NCBI GenBank assembly: GCA_951406725.2
Contig: OX597823.1
Span: 17,794,001 to 17,858,000 of the forward strand
Origin: Octopus vulgaris
Lineage: Eukaryota
Direction of reading: 5' to 3'
DNA length: 64,000 nt
The translations under genes were made by a program, and so were the position numbers. Every line of letters starts with the position of its first letter. Positions within the stretch are counted from its first letter, which is position 1. The notes beneath the pieces were generated by a model. The model was not told the origin of the DNA. It was given only the letters and a program-made list of their open reading frames with translations, and made no database searches. Positions 28,505 through 42,842 of this stretch are shown here, in pieces.

Positions 28505-29101
28505 ATGCTACATACATATGCATACATACACAAATTTTACTCTTTCCTCTAAAATGCCAGTGTGTATAAGAAAATATTTCATTTCCTGTTATCAAATCAG
28601 AACAATCTCGATGACTAAACAGCAAATCCTCAACGGAGAAGCATAAATTATAATTCATCCCACTGCTTGGGCTTTTATTTTTTAATAGTTTACCAATAGA
28701 AATAAACCATAAATTATAAACTTATGCACTTAATTGTTGTTGTTATGGTTACTATCGTCGTCGTTGCTGCTGCTGTTTCCTCTGAAGAATTCCCTGATGT
28801 TAGCAATAAAATTCAGTCTACGACCTAATTTGTCCTGGATTCTCAGTCAAGAGCTATTTTACTTGTTGTTCTTCTCTTTGCTGTCTGAATATACTTCAAA
28901 TCCCTATTGGGTCAACTTTTCCTTTCCTCCTTCTGGGGGTTGACAAAATAAAGTATGAACAAAGTACTGGCTTTATATATATATATATATACTGGCTGGC
29001 CCCTTGCCGTCAAAAATAACGGCTAATTGTAGTATTTTATATATAAATATGGTACAAAATAAGGCACAAAAACACAAAGATACACACACATAAATATATA
29101 T

Positions 29102-29330
29102 ATTTCTTTACTACCCACAAGGGGCTAAACATAGAGGGGACAAACAAGGACAGACAAAGGGAGTAAGTGGATTACATCGACCCCAGTGCGAAACTGGTAC
29201 TTTATTTATCGACCCCGAAAGGATGGAAAGTAAAGTCGACCTCGGCGGAATTTGAACTCACAACGTAACGACAGACAAAATAACGCTAAGCATTTCGCCT
29301 GGCGCGCTAACGTTTCTGCCAGCTCGCCTC
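29102..29330 (-). mobile_element. Meta-SINE (B1)
   Basis: Reverse complement of family B. Confidence 0.85.
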
Positions 29331-29897
29331 TCTCTCACACACATAAATATATATATATATATATATATATACAGGGTGGGCCAAAAGCTGCCTGAGAGTA
29401 GATCAAAATTCCTCAAATACTTAATATTCAATTTTATTTATTCATTCCAATTAATGAGTGTTTAATAATCGAATGCTGTGATTTAAAATCATTTCTTTTT
29501 TTCAACATTTTTCTATTTATTAGTGATGTCTCATATAAAATAATTTTTTGTTTTAACCTTGAATTTAAATTGACTTAATGAAGCCTAGAGAAACACCCAA
29601 GTACCTCAATTTCATCTACTAATTGCTTCAGTCTACTGGAGGGATAAAGGTAGAATGAGGTACTTTTGCCTCTTGGCTGAAACAGCTGTAAGATATTTTC
29701 CCAATTTCTATTCCTGTGTGTTATACATTTTAATAATTACTGGTATCTTTATATATTATATATGTAAAGCATAATATGTTATACATGTATGTATATTGTT
29801 GCAATTGTCATTTTAGTAAATAAATAAATAGATTGGCATAATACAATGTCTAAAAGTTAATGAATACCACCTGTTGATCACCTTCATTTTCTTATTG

Positions 29898-29929
<32 letters not shown>

Positions 29930-29930
29930 G

Positions 29931-29971
<41 letters not shown>

Positions 29972-29998
29972 AAGTTATTATGCACGTATGCTGCGAAA

Positions 29999-30199
29999 TA
30001 TATAATAAACCTTTACATAAATAAATAACGTGAAATACACGAAGGGACAAACAAAAAAACAAACGGGTCATTCAAAGCCTTCATTCTTCAGTCAGAAACT
30101 GATCCCTCGAAGAATGAAGGCTTTGAATGACCCGTTTGTTTTTTTGTTCGTCCCTTCATGTATTTCACGTTATTTATTTATGTAAAGATTTATTATATA
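29999..30199. repeat. Fold-back element in TA tract
   Basis: ~90-bp near-perfect arms around AGTCAGAAACTGATCCCTC; shares the CGGGTCATT...CAGTCA segment with 6089-6119. Confidence 0.85.
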
Positions 30200-31655
30200 T
30201 ATATATATATACACAATGGGCTTCTTTCAGTTCTGTCTACCAAATCCACTCACAAGGCTTTGGTTGACCCGAGGCTATAGTAGAAGACATTTGCCCAAGG
30301 TGCCATGCAGTGGGACTGAACCAGGAACCATGTGATTGGGAAGCAAGCTTCTTGCCACTAACAGACATGTACATATACACATATATACACATACACAAAT
30401 GCTTTGCCATACTTGCTTTAAATCTTTACATTCTCAGTTTGAATCCCTGAGGTTGGTAAAATATATTACCAGTAAAATAATAGGGGTTGATGGCCATGTA
30501 TTTAGATCAGAAACAATTATCATTATTGTAAGGGCAATTTCAGGATATCTTGAATTTGTGGAGATTTGGTAAAATTTATGTTCTTTCAGTTAGATGTAAA
30601 TATGGTTTTCTGGTTGATATTGTTGTTTTTCTGGTTGCTGTTGCAGTTATTATTTAGTCCAACTTAGCACAAACTGAGCAAATCTATGATAATAAATATT
30701 CTATCCATGACCATCTTGTCTTTTTTGTATGTGCAAGGAGCCTGGGATCACATCATCAAGCATATTACCATCTTTTTAAGATGGTATGGTATGCTTTGAC
30801 GGAGATGTGGTTGTTATAGCTAGCAAATCAAGCACTCCCCAAGTGATTCCCAGAATAGATTTAAATTATTTTTCTTAATTCAGAAAGGTTAGCTTTCCTA
30901 AACTAGCATCTTATCCAAGGCAAAATTCAAACTCTCTCCCACTAATTCCTCATAAAACCAGAATTCAGTCCTTTCTGGTATCATATATCTTTCTGGTTTC
31001 TCAAGGAATTTTATATTACATTTTCAGTTACACTTTTGACTATTTTAAGCTTTTACTATTTATGCCCAAGTCAATAGACCTTTAATCAAAGGTGTTATAT
31101 CCATTAGCATCATCACTATTTGTTTTTATTAGAGAGTTTATTTAAAACTACATTGTCCAAAGTGTTCATTCTTTTTAAAATAGTGGAGTATGAATAGAGA
31201 GAAAATTTGGCTGTTATCTTTTTCAGATTCAGTGGACACATGCAAGTTCTCACTAAAACACATATGTTGTCTTGCTTGCATCAGCAGAACATGTGCATGT
31301 TTGTTTAAAATTTCTGTTTACAAACAAATTTTTGTCCTTTGCCAATAGCAAAGGGATTAAGGCAGATTAGAATCTGTCTTACGTTTAAACAGAGGTAAAA
31401 TTTCAACTAAAATGTCTAGTTTACCATGTAAAACTTGTATTTCTCTGATAAGAAAAGCTAGAGTTTGTGGCTTTGAATTCCACAAAGCATCAAGAAGCAA
31501 AAACATGTTCTCCTTTAAGGGATTTTGAAACAGATCCTACAATAGGAATATATACATATGAACTTAAATTACATATACACAAGCAGGACAAACTGACTGA
31601 ATAGCACTTTCCTGCTTGTCATCATGATAAGAATACAAACACACAGACAGACAGA

Positions 31656-31697
<42 letters not shown>

Positions 31698-31719
31698 CAT
31701 ACATACATACATACATACA

Positions 31720-31753
<34 letters not shown>

Positions 31754-31810
31754 CATACATGCACATATACATACACACATACATGCACACATATGTATAT
31801 ATTATATATA

Positions 31811-32218
31811 TAGGCGCAGGAGTAGCTGTGTGGTAAGTAGCTTGTTTACCAACATGGTTCCGGGTTCAGTCTCACTGCGTGGCACCTTGGGCAAGTGTCT
31901 TCTACTATAGCCTCGGGCCGACCAAAGCCTTGTGAGTGGATTTGGTAGACGGAAACTGAAAGAAGCCTGTCGTATATATGTATATATATATATGTATGTG
32001 TGTGTGTTTGTGTGTCTGTGTTTGTCCCCCTAGCATTGCTTGACAACCAATGCTGGTGTGATTATGTCCCTGTCACTTAGCAGTTCGACGAAAGAGACCG
32101 ATGGAATAAGTACTGGGCTTACAAAGAATAAGTCCCGGGGTCGAGTTGCTCGATTAAAGGTGGTGCTCCAGCATGGCCGCAGTCAAATGACTGAAACAAG
32201 TAAAAGAGTAAAAGAGTA
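31811..32218 (+). mobile_element. SINE A
   Basis: Family A sequence. Confidence 0.9.
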
Positions 32219-32363
32219 TATATATATATCTACATAATTCTGATTACAATGCATCCATAGAGGACTTGGGCAGGTCAATGTGAAGCATGACATTTTTTTT
32301 GGCTAGATGGAATTATGCAGAGCAGACAGTGAAGTAATCTATTTTTCAATTATAAAACATATT

Positions 32364-32734
32364 CATTTCTACTCTAGGCACAAGGCCCAAAATCTTTGGG
32401 CAATGGGCCAGTCGATTAGATCAATCCCAGTATGCAACTAGTATTTAATTTATCGATCCCGAAAGGATGAAAGGCGAAGTCGACCTAGGCGGAATTTGAA
32501 CTCTGAATGTAAAGACAGATGAAGTACCGCTAAGCGTTTCGCCCAGCGTACTAACTATTCTGCCAGCTCACTGCTTTAAAATATAATTCTTATCTACTCT
32601 AGGCACAAGGCCCGAAATTTTGGGGAGGGGGCCAGTTGATTAGATCGACCCCAGTACGCAACTGGTACTTAATTTATTGACCCCGAAAGGATGGAAGGCA
32701 AAGTCAACCCTAGTGGAATTGCCAATTCGCCAAG
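32364..32734 (-). mobile_element. Meta-SINE dimer
   Basis: Exact 13-bp TSD TATAAAACATATT at 32351-32363 and 32735-32747. Confidence 0.85.
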
Positions 32735-32904
32735 TATAAAACATATTGATGAAGTAATTCCCTGTTGTTAAGTAGTTTGCAACTTAGATGGTATTCCACT
32801 GACCAATGAGGACTGTGGTAAAAAAGAATGATATGAACCAATGAATAGGTTTTCAGTGTTACTATAGTTACTTCATTAGGTGCTTATATTTTGACTTGAT
32901 TCTT

Positions 32905-33287
32905 TCATTTGTTTCTGTCATTTGGCTGTGGCCATGCTGGAGCACTGCCTTTAGCTGATCAAATCAACCCCAGGACTTATTCTTTGTAAGTCTAGGGACT
33001 TATTCTGTCAGTCTCTTTTGCAGAACCACTAAGTTACAGGGACGTAAATACACCAATATTGGTTGTCAAGCGATGGTGAGGGGAGAAACACAGACACACA
33101 CACACCGCACACATATATATATACGACAGGCTACTTTCAGTTTCTGTCTACCAAATCCAATCACAAGGCTTTGGTCAGCCTGAAGCTATAGTAGAAGACA
33201 CTTGCCCAATTTTCCAGGTAGTGGGACTGAACTCGGTGTCATGTGGTTGGTAAGAAAGCTACTTACCACACAGCCATTCCCGCACCT
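32905..33287 (-). mobile_element. SINE A
   Basis: Reverse complement of family A. Confidence 0.85.
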
Positions 33288-33289
33288 TA

Positions 33290-33682
33290 TCTTTATATAT
33301 AAAAGTGAGGTTGTGTGCTGTCTGTCTCCTACGATTTAGATTCTTAACTACTCCCACATTTTGTGGTGCAGTTTAACCAAAACCGGGTATCTTATAGTCG
33401 TGATTCATATTGAGCCCTTCTGGGTATTAGCGCACGTCTACGATGAGTCTACGATTAAAAAAAAAAAATTACCATCATTTTTTCCCATTTTTAATGCATT
33501 TTTGGCATATATAAGGGAAGTAACTCTCTGAAAATGTATTATTAAATATCAGAACGTAAAAAGCTACAGTAACACCCTTTGTGGTTAGCCATATTGAGAT
33601 GGCTATTATACTTTACATGTCTAAAAATGCTTATATAGTTATTTCCCTTACAAACCCGAGCAACGCCGGGCGATACTGCTAG
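33290..33682 (+). mobile_element. Non-autonomous Helitron, copy 2
   Basis: A|TC start (33289/33290), subterminal hairpin CCCGAGCAACGCCGGG (33655-33670), CTAG|T end, no TSD. Confidence 0.88.
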
Positions 33683-34257
33683 TGCATAATAAAATTATTT
33701 AGATTATGCAGCAAATTATATAACTTCTAAATTCATCAGGCAACCATGAGAAATAAGTGATTATTTGAATAATCCATTGGATAACTAATTGGATTACTCA
33801 CCCAGCCATTGTTCACTTGCTTTTACATGGATGTCTGTGTGTGTATTATGTGCCACAATATTGGCTGCCATACTGGTGTCACACAGCTGGCACCCATGCT
33901 GGTGGCACGTAAATGCAGCCATTATACTCTCAGAATGGTTGGCATTAAGAAGGGCACCCAGCCATAGAAAACATGCCAAATCAGGCTGGAGTCAGCTCAC
34001 CAGCACTGGTCAAACCATCCAACCCATGCCAGCATGGACAATGGACGTTAAATGATGATGATGATGATAATGATGATATATATATATACTCCAAAAGTTT
34101 TTTTTATTCTCTCTCTTTTTATTTCCTTATGTTCCATTCTGTTGAAGAGCGTAGGCTCAAAACCTAAAAGACTTTCTCAACTTCCCAAGTATCAAACTAA
34201 TATACCTGCTTGTTGTTCATACACTTGTCTTCGTCTTTTGTTTTTCTGTAAATTTCA

Positions 34258-34294
<37 letters not shown>

Positions 34295-35239
34295 TTGGCC
34301 AGAGCGGCTAACTGGCATCCATGCAAATCGACCCCGGGGCTTGTTCTTTGTAAGCCTAGTACTTATTCTATTGGTCTCTTTTACTGAACTGCTAAGTTAT
34401 GGGGAACATAAACATATTGCCATTGGTTCTCAAGCAATGTTGGAGGGGACAAACACACACACACACGTTGCTAGGTCTGAGATTCAAACCCATGATCCCT
34501 CGTCTACGAGTCCACTGGTCTAACCCCTAGGCCATGTGCCTCCACCAAGATAGGTAACCAAATTTATACTCTCATACATAAATGGTAATATAACATCACA
34601 TCATTATCATTGAATATCCAATGCCCATGCTGGATGGTTTGACAGCATCCGAGAAACCAGATGTGTTGAGGTTCAATGTCTGCTTTGGCATGGTTTCTAC
34701 AGCTGGAAACCCTTCTTAACACCTAATGCCACCCTCTTTATAGATGTATTTTTCCCGACACTGGTACTAGTGAAGTTATCAAGTAGTTCACAAGACCCAT
34801 TTGACTGTGTGGGTGTAGCATATTGAGAGAGATGGATTTGAGTCAGATGTTGATAGGCTAGAGTATGATAGAGGGGACAGGAACAGGTGTCTTTCTGTAG
34901 AGGAGATAAATGGCTACCCCAGCTGGAAAGATAGAACATATGGTAGTTGTTAAGGGTCACGGCGTACCTTGAAGGTATGAGAAGGTGAAAATAAGAGACA
35001 GCAGGAACATAGGATCGAGAAGGTTAGATGGGTAAGTTTGAGAGAGTGTGAAAGGAAAGTTACAGACGGTTAGAGATGAGGATAGAGATGACTGCAGTGG
35101 ATGGTGAACATTGGTGGAGGAATGGTGAACTTTCGTTTGGAGGGAAGCTGAGAGTAAAAGGAGGAGTGAGTCAGGGAGAAGGATGCAATAAAGGGCAGTA
35201 CATAAAGATGGGTTGGAGGGTAACAGTATAATAAGCATT

Positions 35240-35473
35240 TCGGCGGCGAGCTGGCAGAAACGGTAGCACGCCGGGCGAAATGCTTAGCGGTATTTCATCT
35301 GCAGCTACGTTCTGAGTTCAAATTCCGCCGAGGTCGACTTTGCCTTTCATCCTTTCAGGGTCGATAAATTAAGTACCAGTTATGCACTGGGGTCGATGTA
35401 AATCGACTTAATACCTATGCCTGTCCTTCTTTGTCCCCTCTATGTTTAGCCCCTTGTGGGCAATAAAGAAATA
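35240..35473 (+). mobile_element. Meta-SINE (B1)
   Basis: Family B sequence. Confidence 0.85.
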
Positions 35474-36134
35474 AGTATAATAAAATCTCATAGACAGATG
35501 AGAAATAGGGAGATGATGTGAAATGTGTTGGGTGCTGGAGTGGGTAGAGATGGATGCTCAAAAGCAAAGACAGAGGTTACAAGGTATGTAAAAGATTAAT
35601 ACAAAAATTCTCTATAGGAGACCAGATTCTTGAAGAGAAATGCATTAATTTTCTAATTCACTTAAAGGAGAATATTTTTACTTTTGTTGTATTGTTTAGT
35701 TAAAGTAACATAACAGAAGGTTTATATTATGGTAAATGGAAGCCAAGAAACGAGATTACATTGTGTGCATGTGTGTGTGTAATTTATAGATACATAATTA
35801 TATTTTCTTTTGATTTGATTGCTCTGATATTGGTAAAGGAGTACCAGTTAATTACAGCGAAACACCTAAGCTCCACATGGCTCCAGCAGAAGGTAATGGC
35901 AAACTTCTGCTGACATTTTCGTCACAACTTTCTCTCACTCTTTCCTTCTGCATCTAGCAGCTCACCTGCGATAGACCAGTGTCCTGTCTAGGTGGGGAAC
36001 CTATATGGCAATGAAACCGAGAAACCAGCCTTATGAGCCAGGCATGGCTTGAGAAGGAACAAACAACAACGATATATCTTAATGTTATGTGGCTGTGTTT
36101 GTGTAGAGTTTTATATGTATGAATAAAAGAGTTT

Positions 36135-37000
36135 TACTCTTTTTACTCTCTCTTTTACTCTTTTACTTGTTTCAGTCATGTGACTGCGGCCATGCTAGAG
36201 CACCGCCTTTAATCGAGCAACTCGACCCCGGGACTTATTCTTTTTTGTAAGCCCAGTACTTATTCTATCGGTCTCTTTTGCCGAACCGCTAAGTAACGGG
36301 GACATAAGCACACCAGCATCGGTTGTCAAGCAATGCTAGGGGGACAAACACAGACACACAAACACACACATGCATATACATACATATATATACATATATA
36401 CAATGGGCTTCTTTCTGTTTCCGTCCACCAAATCCACTCACAAGGCTTTGGTCGGCCCGAGGCTATAGTAGAAGACACTTGCCCAAGGTACCACGCAGTG
36501 GGACTGAACCCGGAACCATGTGGTTAAGTATTTTGGTTAAGTATTTTGATAAAAATACTGTTTTATTGTTATTAGAAGTTACTCTTTTACCCTTTTACTT
36601 GTTTCAGTCATTTGACTGTGGCCATGCTGGAGCAACGCCTTTAGTTAAGCAAATCGACCCCAGGACTTATTCTTTGTAAGCCTAGTACTTATTCTATCGG
36701 TCTGTTTTGCCAAACCACTAAGTTACAGGGCCATAAACACACCACCATCGGTTGTCAAGCGATGTTGGGGGGGGGGGGGGCAAGCACAGACACACAAACA
36801 TATACACACATACATATATATATATATATACATATATACAACAGGCTTCTTTCAGTTTCCATCTACCAAATCCACTCACAAGGCTTTGGTTGGCCCGAGG
36901 CTGTAGTAGAAGATACTTGCCCAAGGTGTCACACAGTGGGACTGAACCCGGAACCATGTGGTTGGAATGCAAGCTACTTACCACATAGCCACTCCTGCAT
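36135..37000 (-). mobile_element. Two tandem SINE A copies (36135-36525, 36580-37000)
   Basis: Reverse complements of family A. Confidence 0.85.
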
Positions 37001-37302
37001 TTCATATATTATTTATTTTTACCAAATTCTAGAGACTTCATTCAAGTATGAGAAACTCACATTCTTTTAAGGTTACCGTCACTATATAGTTTGTAAATAT
37101 TTGTATGTACATACATGGATATATTTACAAATATAACGTAAGTAGGTGAGATTGAATGTGTGTGTGTGTGTGTGTGTGCTTTTGTGTACATGTGTGTGTG
37201 TGCTTGTACGTGCATGTGTGTGTGAGTTTGTGTGTAGGTGAATGCGTGCATGCATGTGTGTGTTTGTGTGGGTATGTGTGCACACACGTGCATGTATGTA
37301 GG

Positions 37303-37810
37303 TGTTTCCTGGTTTCCTTGGCGTATAGGTTCCTCACCTGGACGGGACGCCAGTCCGTCGCAGGTGAGCTGCAAGATGCAGGAGGAAAGAGTGAGAGAAA
37401 GTTATGTTGAGAGAGTCAACAGAAGTTCACCATTACCTTCTGCCAGAGCCGTGTGGAGCTTAGGTGTTTCGCTCATGAACACGCACATCACCCGGTCTGA
37501 GATTCGAACTTGCGACCTCTCGACCGCGAGTCCACTGCTCTAACCACTAGGCCATGTGCCTCCACATTAGCATCTGTTAGACTCGAGCTGGCAGAATCGT
37601 TAGCACACCGGGCGAAATGCTCAGCAGTATTTCGTCTGTTGTTACGTTCTGGGTTCAAACACCGCCGAGGTCGACTTTGCCTTTCATCCTTTCGGGGTCG
37701 ATAAATAAATTACCAGTTATGCACTGGGGTCGATGTAATCGACTTACTCCCTTTGTCTGTCCTTGTTTGTCCCCTCTGTGTTTAGCCCCTTGTGGGCAAT
37801 AAAGAAATAT
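37303..37810. mobile_element. SINE C2 (-, 37303-37565) head-to-head with Meta-SINE B1 (+, 37584-37810)
   Basis: Family matches within the window. Confidence 0.8.
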
Positions 37811-38153
37811 ATTTCTGAATACATAAGAGGACAAGACACTGAAAGTGAGTGGCTTCACCTGTCTCTACTAAACAAATGATGCAGAAGCAGGTTGGAGCAA
37901 TTCTTGGCCTCTTGTTCTCTCCATCATTTTTTTCTCTCACTATCTTTCTCCTCTCTACCCTTTTCTCTTACCTCTCCCTTCTCCTCTTTTCACCTAACAG
38001 AAGACTAAAACTGATGCGAGTGAAAAGCTGATGTGGTGTAACTAAAGCTGAAGTGAGTAAAAAGAGATAAAGTGAGACTACGATGAACAGATATGAATAT
38101 ATCAAATGCATGGGAACATGTCCTCATTTGATAAACAGTTGAAAAAAAAAAAA

Positions 38154-38325
38154 GGCGTAGGAGTGGCTGTGTGGTAAGTAGCTTGCTTATGAACCACGTG
38201 GTTCTGGGTTCAGTCCCACTGCGTGGCACCTTGGTCAAGTGTCTTCAACTAAAGCCTTGGGCCGGCCAAAGCTTTGTGAGTGGATTTGGTAGACCGAAAC
38301 TAAAAGAAGCCCATCATATATATGC

Positions 38326-38388
<63 letters not shown>

Positions 38389-38620
38389 TGTGTGTATGTA
38401 TGTGTTTGTGTGTCTGTGTTTGTCCCCCGCCCGCCTGACATCGCTTGACAACTGATGCTGGTATGTTTACATCCCCCGTAACTTAGTGGTTTGGCAAAAC
38501 AGACCGATAGAATAAGTACTATGCTTACAAAGAATAAGCCCTGGGGTAGATTTGCTCGACTAAAGGCTGTGCTCCAGCATGGCCACAACCAAATGGCTGA
38601 AACGAGTAAAAGAGTAAAAA
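38154..38620 (+). mobile_element. SINE A
   Basis: Family A sequence. Confidence 0.9.
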
Positions 38621-39021
38621 AGAGAGAGTGTTCCCAGATACAATCCTATAACAGCATTTTTTTTCCCACAAAATTTTAGTAAGAATTTCACTTAAGGTGT
38701 TCCATACTTTTGCCAACAGTTGTTTCTACTCTGTGGATAGAAATCTATGTAGATCTAAGTGGACTAGGGTCTTTGAGAGTTATGTATCAGGCTGACACAT
38801 ACATCATGTAAGAGCACATGAACTGACAACCTCTCTTGCTTGGTGGTCCACTAGCCTACAATCTTGATCAGACTACATCAATATACAATAAACATTTGTA
38901 TCTAATACATTCTGTGCACATTAATGTCAACATGTACACACACACATACGCTTGCACACACATGCACAAGCACACACTTACATTAAAATGTTGGTTTTGA
39001 CATAAGCATTCTATTTTTTAG

Positions 39022-39340
39022 CTGTGCCGGTGGCACGTAAAAAGCACCATCCGATCGTGGCTGTTGCCAGCCTCGTCTGGCCCCTGTGCCGGTGGCACGT
39101 AAAAAGCACCATCCAATCGTGGCCGTTTGCCAACCTCGTCTGGCACCTGTACCGGTGGCACATAAAAAGCACCCACTACACTTACAGAGTGGTTGGCATT
39201 AGGAAGGGCATCCAGCCATAGAAACATTGCCAGATCAGACTGGGCCTGGTGTGCAGCCTTCTGGCTTCCCAGACCCCAGTTGAACCGTCCAACCCATGCT
39301 AGCATGGAAAGCGGACGCTAAATGATGAGGATGATGATGA
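39022..39340 (+). mobile_element. Family D retroposon with (GAT)n tail and ~62-bp internal tandem repeats
   Basis: GGAAGGGCATCCAGCC...CCGTCCAACCCATGCTAGCATGGAAAGCGGACG-(GAT)n; related copies at ~5297, 6540, 8705, 19725, 21290, 23768, 33880. Confidence 0.8.
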
Positions 39341-39798
39341 ACTACCTACAATTCAACATGATGTGTAAACTGCTGAGTATTCCACAGACGTACATCCCCC
39401 TTAAAGAAATTCTCAAGCAGAACTAGTGTGACGAAATATATAACGAATCTGGACTTTTAATCATGTGTACAGTCCATCCAAAGGCTTCCACACAGTTTCC
39501 ATCAACTCAGTTTCACCCCCAAGGCCTGAATGAACTCAAGGCTAGGGAAAATGTCAGTTTACCAAAACGCTATATAGGGCGGTTGAACCCATAATCTCAT
39601 GATGGCAAAATGAATTTCTTAACTGCTTGATTATGCCAGCATCCATGAAGATGAGTACACATGACTGTGTTTTTACTGTTGCATAATCCAGGTGTGTTCT
39701 GACTGCGTACACATCACACAGGTAGTCAAATGACTATGTGACAATTGTCCCAGATATACCAAATTCCTTACCTAATGCAAGACAATACAGTGTACTTT

Positions 39799-40312
39799 GA
39801 AGGCGGCGGGCTGGCAGAAATGTTAGCATGCCAGATGAAATGCTTCGTGGTATTTCATCTGTCTTAACATTCTGAGTTCAAATTCCGCCAAGGTTGACTT
39901 TGGATTTCATCCTTTTGGGAATCGATAAATTAAGTACCAGTTGTGTACTGGGGTTGATATAACCGACCGGCCCCTCGCCAAAAATTATGGGCCGTGTGCC
40001 TAGACTAGAAAAGAATATAAAGGTGATGAGTTGGCAGAAACTTTAGCATGCCAGGCAAAATGCTTAGCGGTATTTCGTCTGCCGTTACGTTCTGAGTTCA
40101 AATTCCACCTAGGTCGACTTTGCGTTTCATCCTTTCGGGATCGATAAATTAAGTACCAGTTACGCAATGGGGGTCAACTTAATCCGTTTGTCTGTCTTTG
40201 TTTGTCCTCTTTATGTTTAGCCCCTTGTGAGCAATAAAGAAATAAGAAACGTTAGCATGTTGGGCGAAATGCTTAGCGGTATTTCGTCTGTCTTGTGCTT
40301 AGACTAGAAAAG
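39799..40312 (+). mobile_element. Meta-SINE trimer (B2-B1-deleted B2)
   Basis: 15-bp TSD AATAC(A/T)GTGTACTTT at 39784-39798 and 40313-40327. Confidence 0.85.
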
Positions 40313-41230
40313 AATACTGTGTACTTTCATAAGCAGTGGTCTATTGCATGTGGTGCAGTGTGACTGTGCAGATGTGGTGCACTTTCCTTGTTGTCAAGTG
40401 TATTCCATGGTAGCACTGATGGTGATGATGTTGTTGAGCTGCCCCAGATGGAATGTGATCAAGCAGATACATATGCTACACCAGCTGAAAGTCAAACAAC
40501 TAAGACCATTGATCTATTGTTTCACATCTGAAGTGTTGTGTGTAATATGTGTGTGTGTGTGTGTGTGTGAGTGTGTGTGCATGTATGTGCAATATATATG
40601 TATATGTGTGTGAGTGTGTGTGCATGTATATGCAGTATATGTGTGTGTGTGTGTCTGTGTGTATGTGAGTGTGTGTGCATGTGTGTGTAATATGTGTGTG
40701 AGTGTGTGTGCATGTATATGCAGTATATGTGTGTGTGTGTGTGTGTCTGTGTGTGTGTGTATGTGAGTGTGTGTGCATGTGTGTGTAATATATGTGTGTG
40801 AGTGTGTGCACACACACTAATGCACACACACACGCATGCTCACACACATGCACACACCGACATGTGCACACACATCCATGCACACACACACACACACACA
40901 TGCATGCACACTTAACATGCACACACACACATGCTCACACACACGTGTGCACACAGAGACACATGCACACACACGTACACACACATGCATACACACATGT
41001 ACACACACATGTGGTACAAAAGTATACCAGTATTCAATACAGATTTATGTTGGAAGCATGTAAATTTTAATATATGTTAATTTATGTTAATCTATGTTAA
41101 TCTATATGAGAAAAACATGGCTTATATAAGTGAACTTGGTTTCTGATTGGGTCTCCTCTCAGCATGTCTGTGGTCCTGTAATGCAATCTTACATAGCATA
41201 TACACATGTATATGTGTGTATGTGTGTGTA

Positions 41231-41271
<41 letters not shown>

Positions 41272-41504
41272 CTAATAATGTACACACAATAAATGGAGTG
41301 TTGGCCTCCTATTTTGTATACTTGGCAAAAAGTATAAAGAAGAGATAAGGCAATATATAAAATCAAATAATAAAAAAAAAAAGTATAAAACTGTGATAAT
41401 CTGGTTCAAGCCCCCAGCCCTCCCTCTCACACAACCTGAACTGAAATCTTATTTGAAGGTAAGGAATTGTGATAATGATTGTGATGGTGATGATGATGAT
41501 GGAA

Positions 41505-41548
<44 letters not shown>

Positions 41549-41933
41549 AATAGTGGTGGTGATGCTGGTTGTGGGAGTTGGAGGTGAGGTGATGCTGGTG
41601 GGAGTGGAGGTGAGGTGATGTTTAAGTGCGGTGAGATGCTGCCTCGAACTTCAGTGCAAGTTTTAAAGAATTTTCTTTTAAGGGTGATGGCTAAGACAGT
41701 GATATCCTTACTACCACCAACACCACCATTACCACCACCACCACCACCACCACCGCCGCCGCCGCCGCCACCACCACCACCATCACAAACAACCAACAAC
41801 AACAACAAACAAACAAACAAACAAATTATCCGCAACAAAAGCATTATAGCGGCAGCAATAGACAACAGCGATGTGTGATACATCATCATCATCAAAATCA
41901 TCATCATTATCCTCCTCCTCCTCCTCCTCCTCC

Positions 41934-41967
<34 letters not shown>

Positions 41968-42608
41968 TGTTGTCATCATCATTATCATCATTACTGATAT
42001 TGCTGTTGTCATCATTATTTTCCCCATTATTACCCCTACCACAAGCACTTTCACCACCACCACCACCACCACCGCCGCCACCACCACTGCCGCCGCCGCC
42101 ACCGCCTCCAACAACAACAGCAACAACAACATTGTCAGCAGAATGTGTGTAGGTGTGTGGGTGTGTGTGTGTGTGAATGTGTGTTTTTGTGTACATGTGT
42201 GTGTGTGTGTGTGCTTAAAGGAAGCTGCCACAAAATGTAAGAAATGGGGGGGTGGAGTCGGGGAGGTGCTGTGTCAGCATTCTGATATAAGTAGCTGACT
42301 CCTAGTGTTGTTGTTGTTTAACCCCAGGTCAACAATGATTGAGAAACAGACCTATGATCAGAGGCATTCCAGCTGTGACCTCCCTGTCTTTTTTTCCTAT
42401 GTATTTTGAACCCAGCATCACATTTTTTTTTTGCATCATTTACTAAAACATTTAGGGAGGGTGCACTTTGATTGAGGGAGATTTAGCTATCGCTTCTAGC
42501 GAGTCAAACGATCACTTAGATGCCCCTTGTTGATGTCGTGGTTGTGTTGTCTGTGATGAGGATGGTTATGATATTGCTACAGATGATGGTGGTGTTATTT
42601 AATGTGAA

Positions 42609-42842
42609 AGGTGGCGAGCTGGCAGAATCGTTAGCACGCCGGGCAAAATGCTTAGTGGTATTTCGTCTGTCATTACGTTGTGAGTTCAAATTCCGCTGAG
42701 GTTGACTTTGCCTTTCATCCTTTCGGGGTCGATAAATTAAGCACCAGTTTCACACTGTGGTCGATGTAAATCGACTTAATACCTATGTCTGTCCTTGTTT
42801 GTCCCCTCTATGTTTAGCCCCTTGTGGGTAATAAAGAAATAG
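42609..42842 (+). mobile_element. Meta-SINE (B1)
   Basis: Family B sequence. Confidence 0.85.

Noticed and set aside
39766-40486. Possible exon with TTTCAG acceptor and AG|GTAAGG donor split by the SINE trimer
   Set aside because: All three minus-strand frames contain stops
41449-42231. 260-aa minus-strand ORF and overlapping poly-P/S/D ORFs
   Set aside because: Made of CAT/CAC/CCT/CA microsatellites; open only because the repeats lack stops
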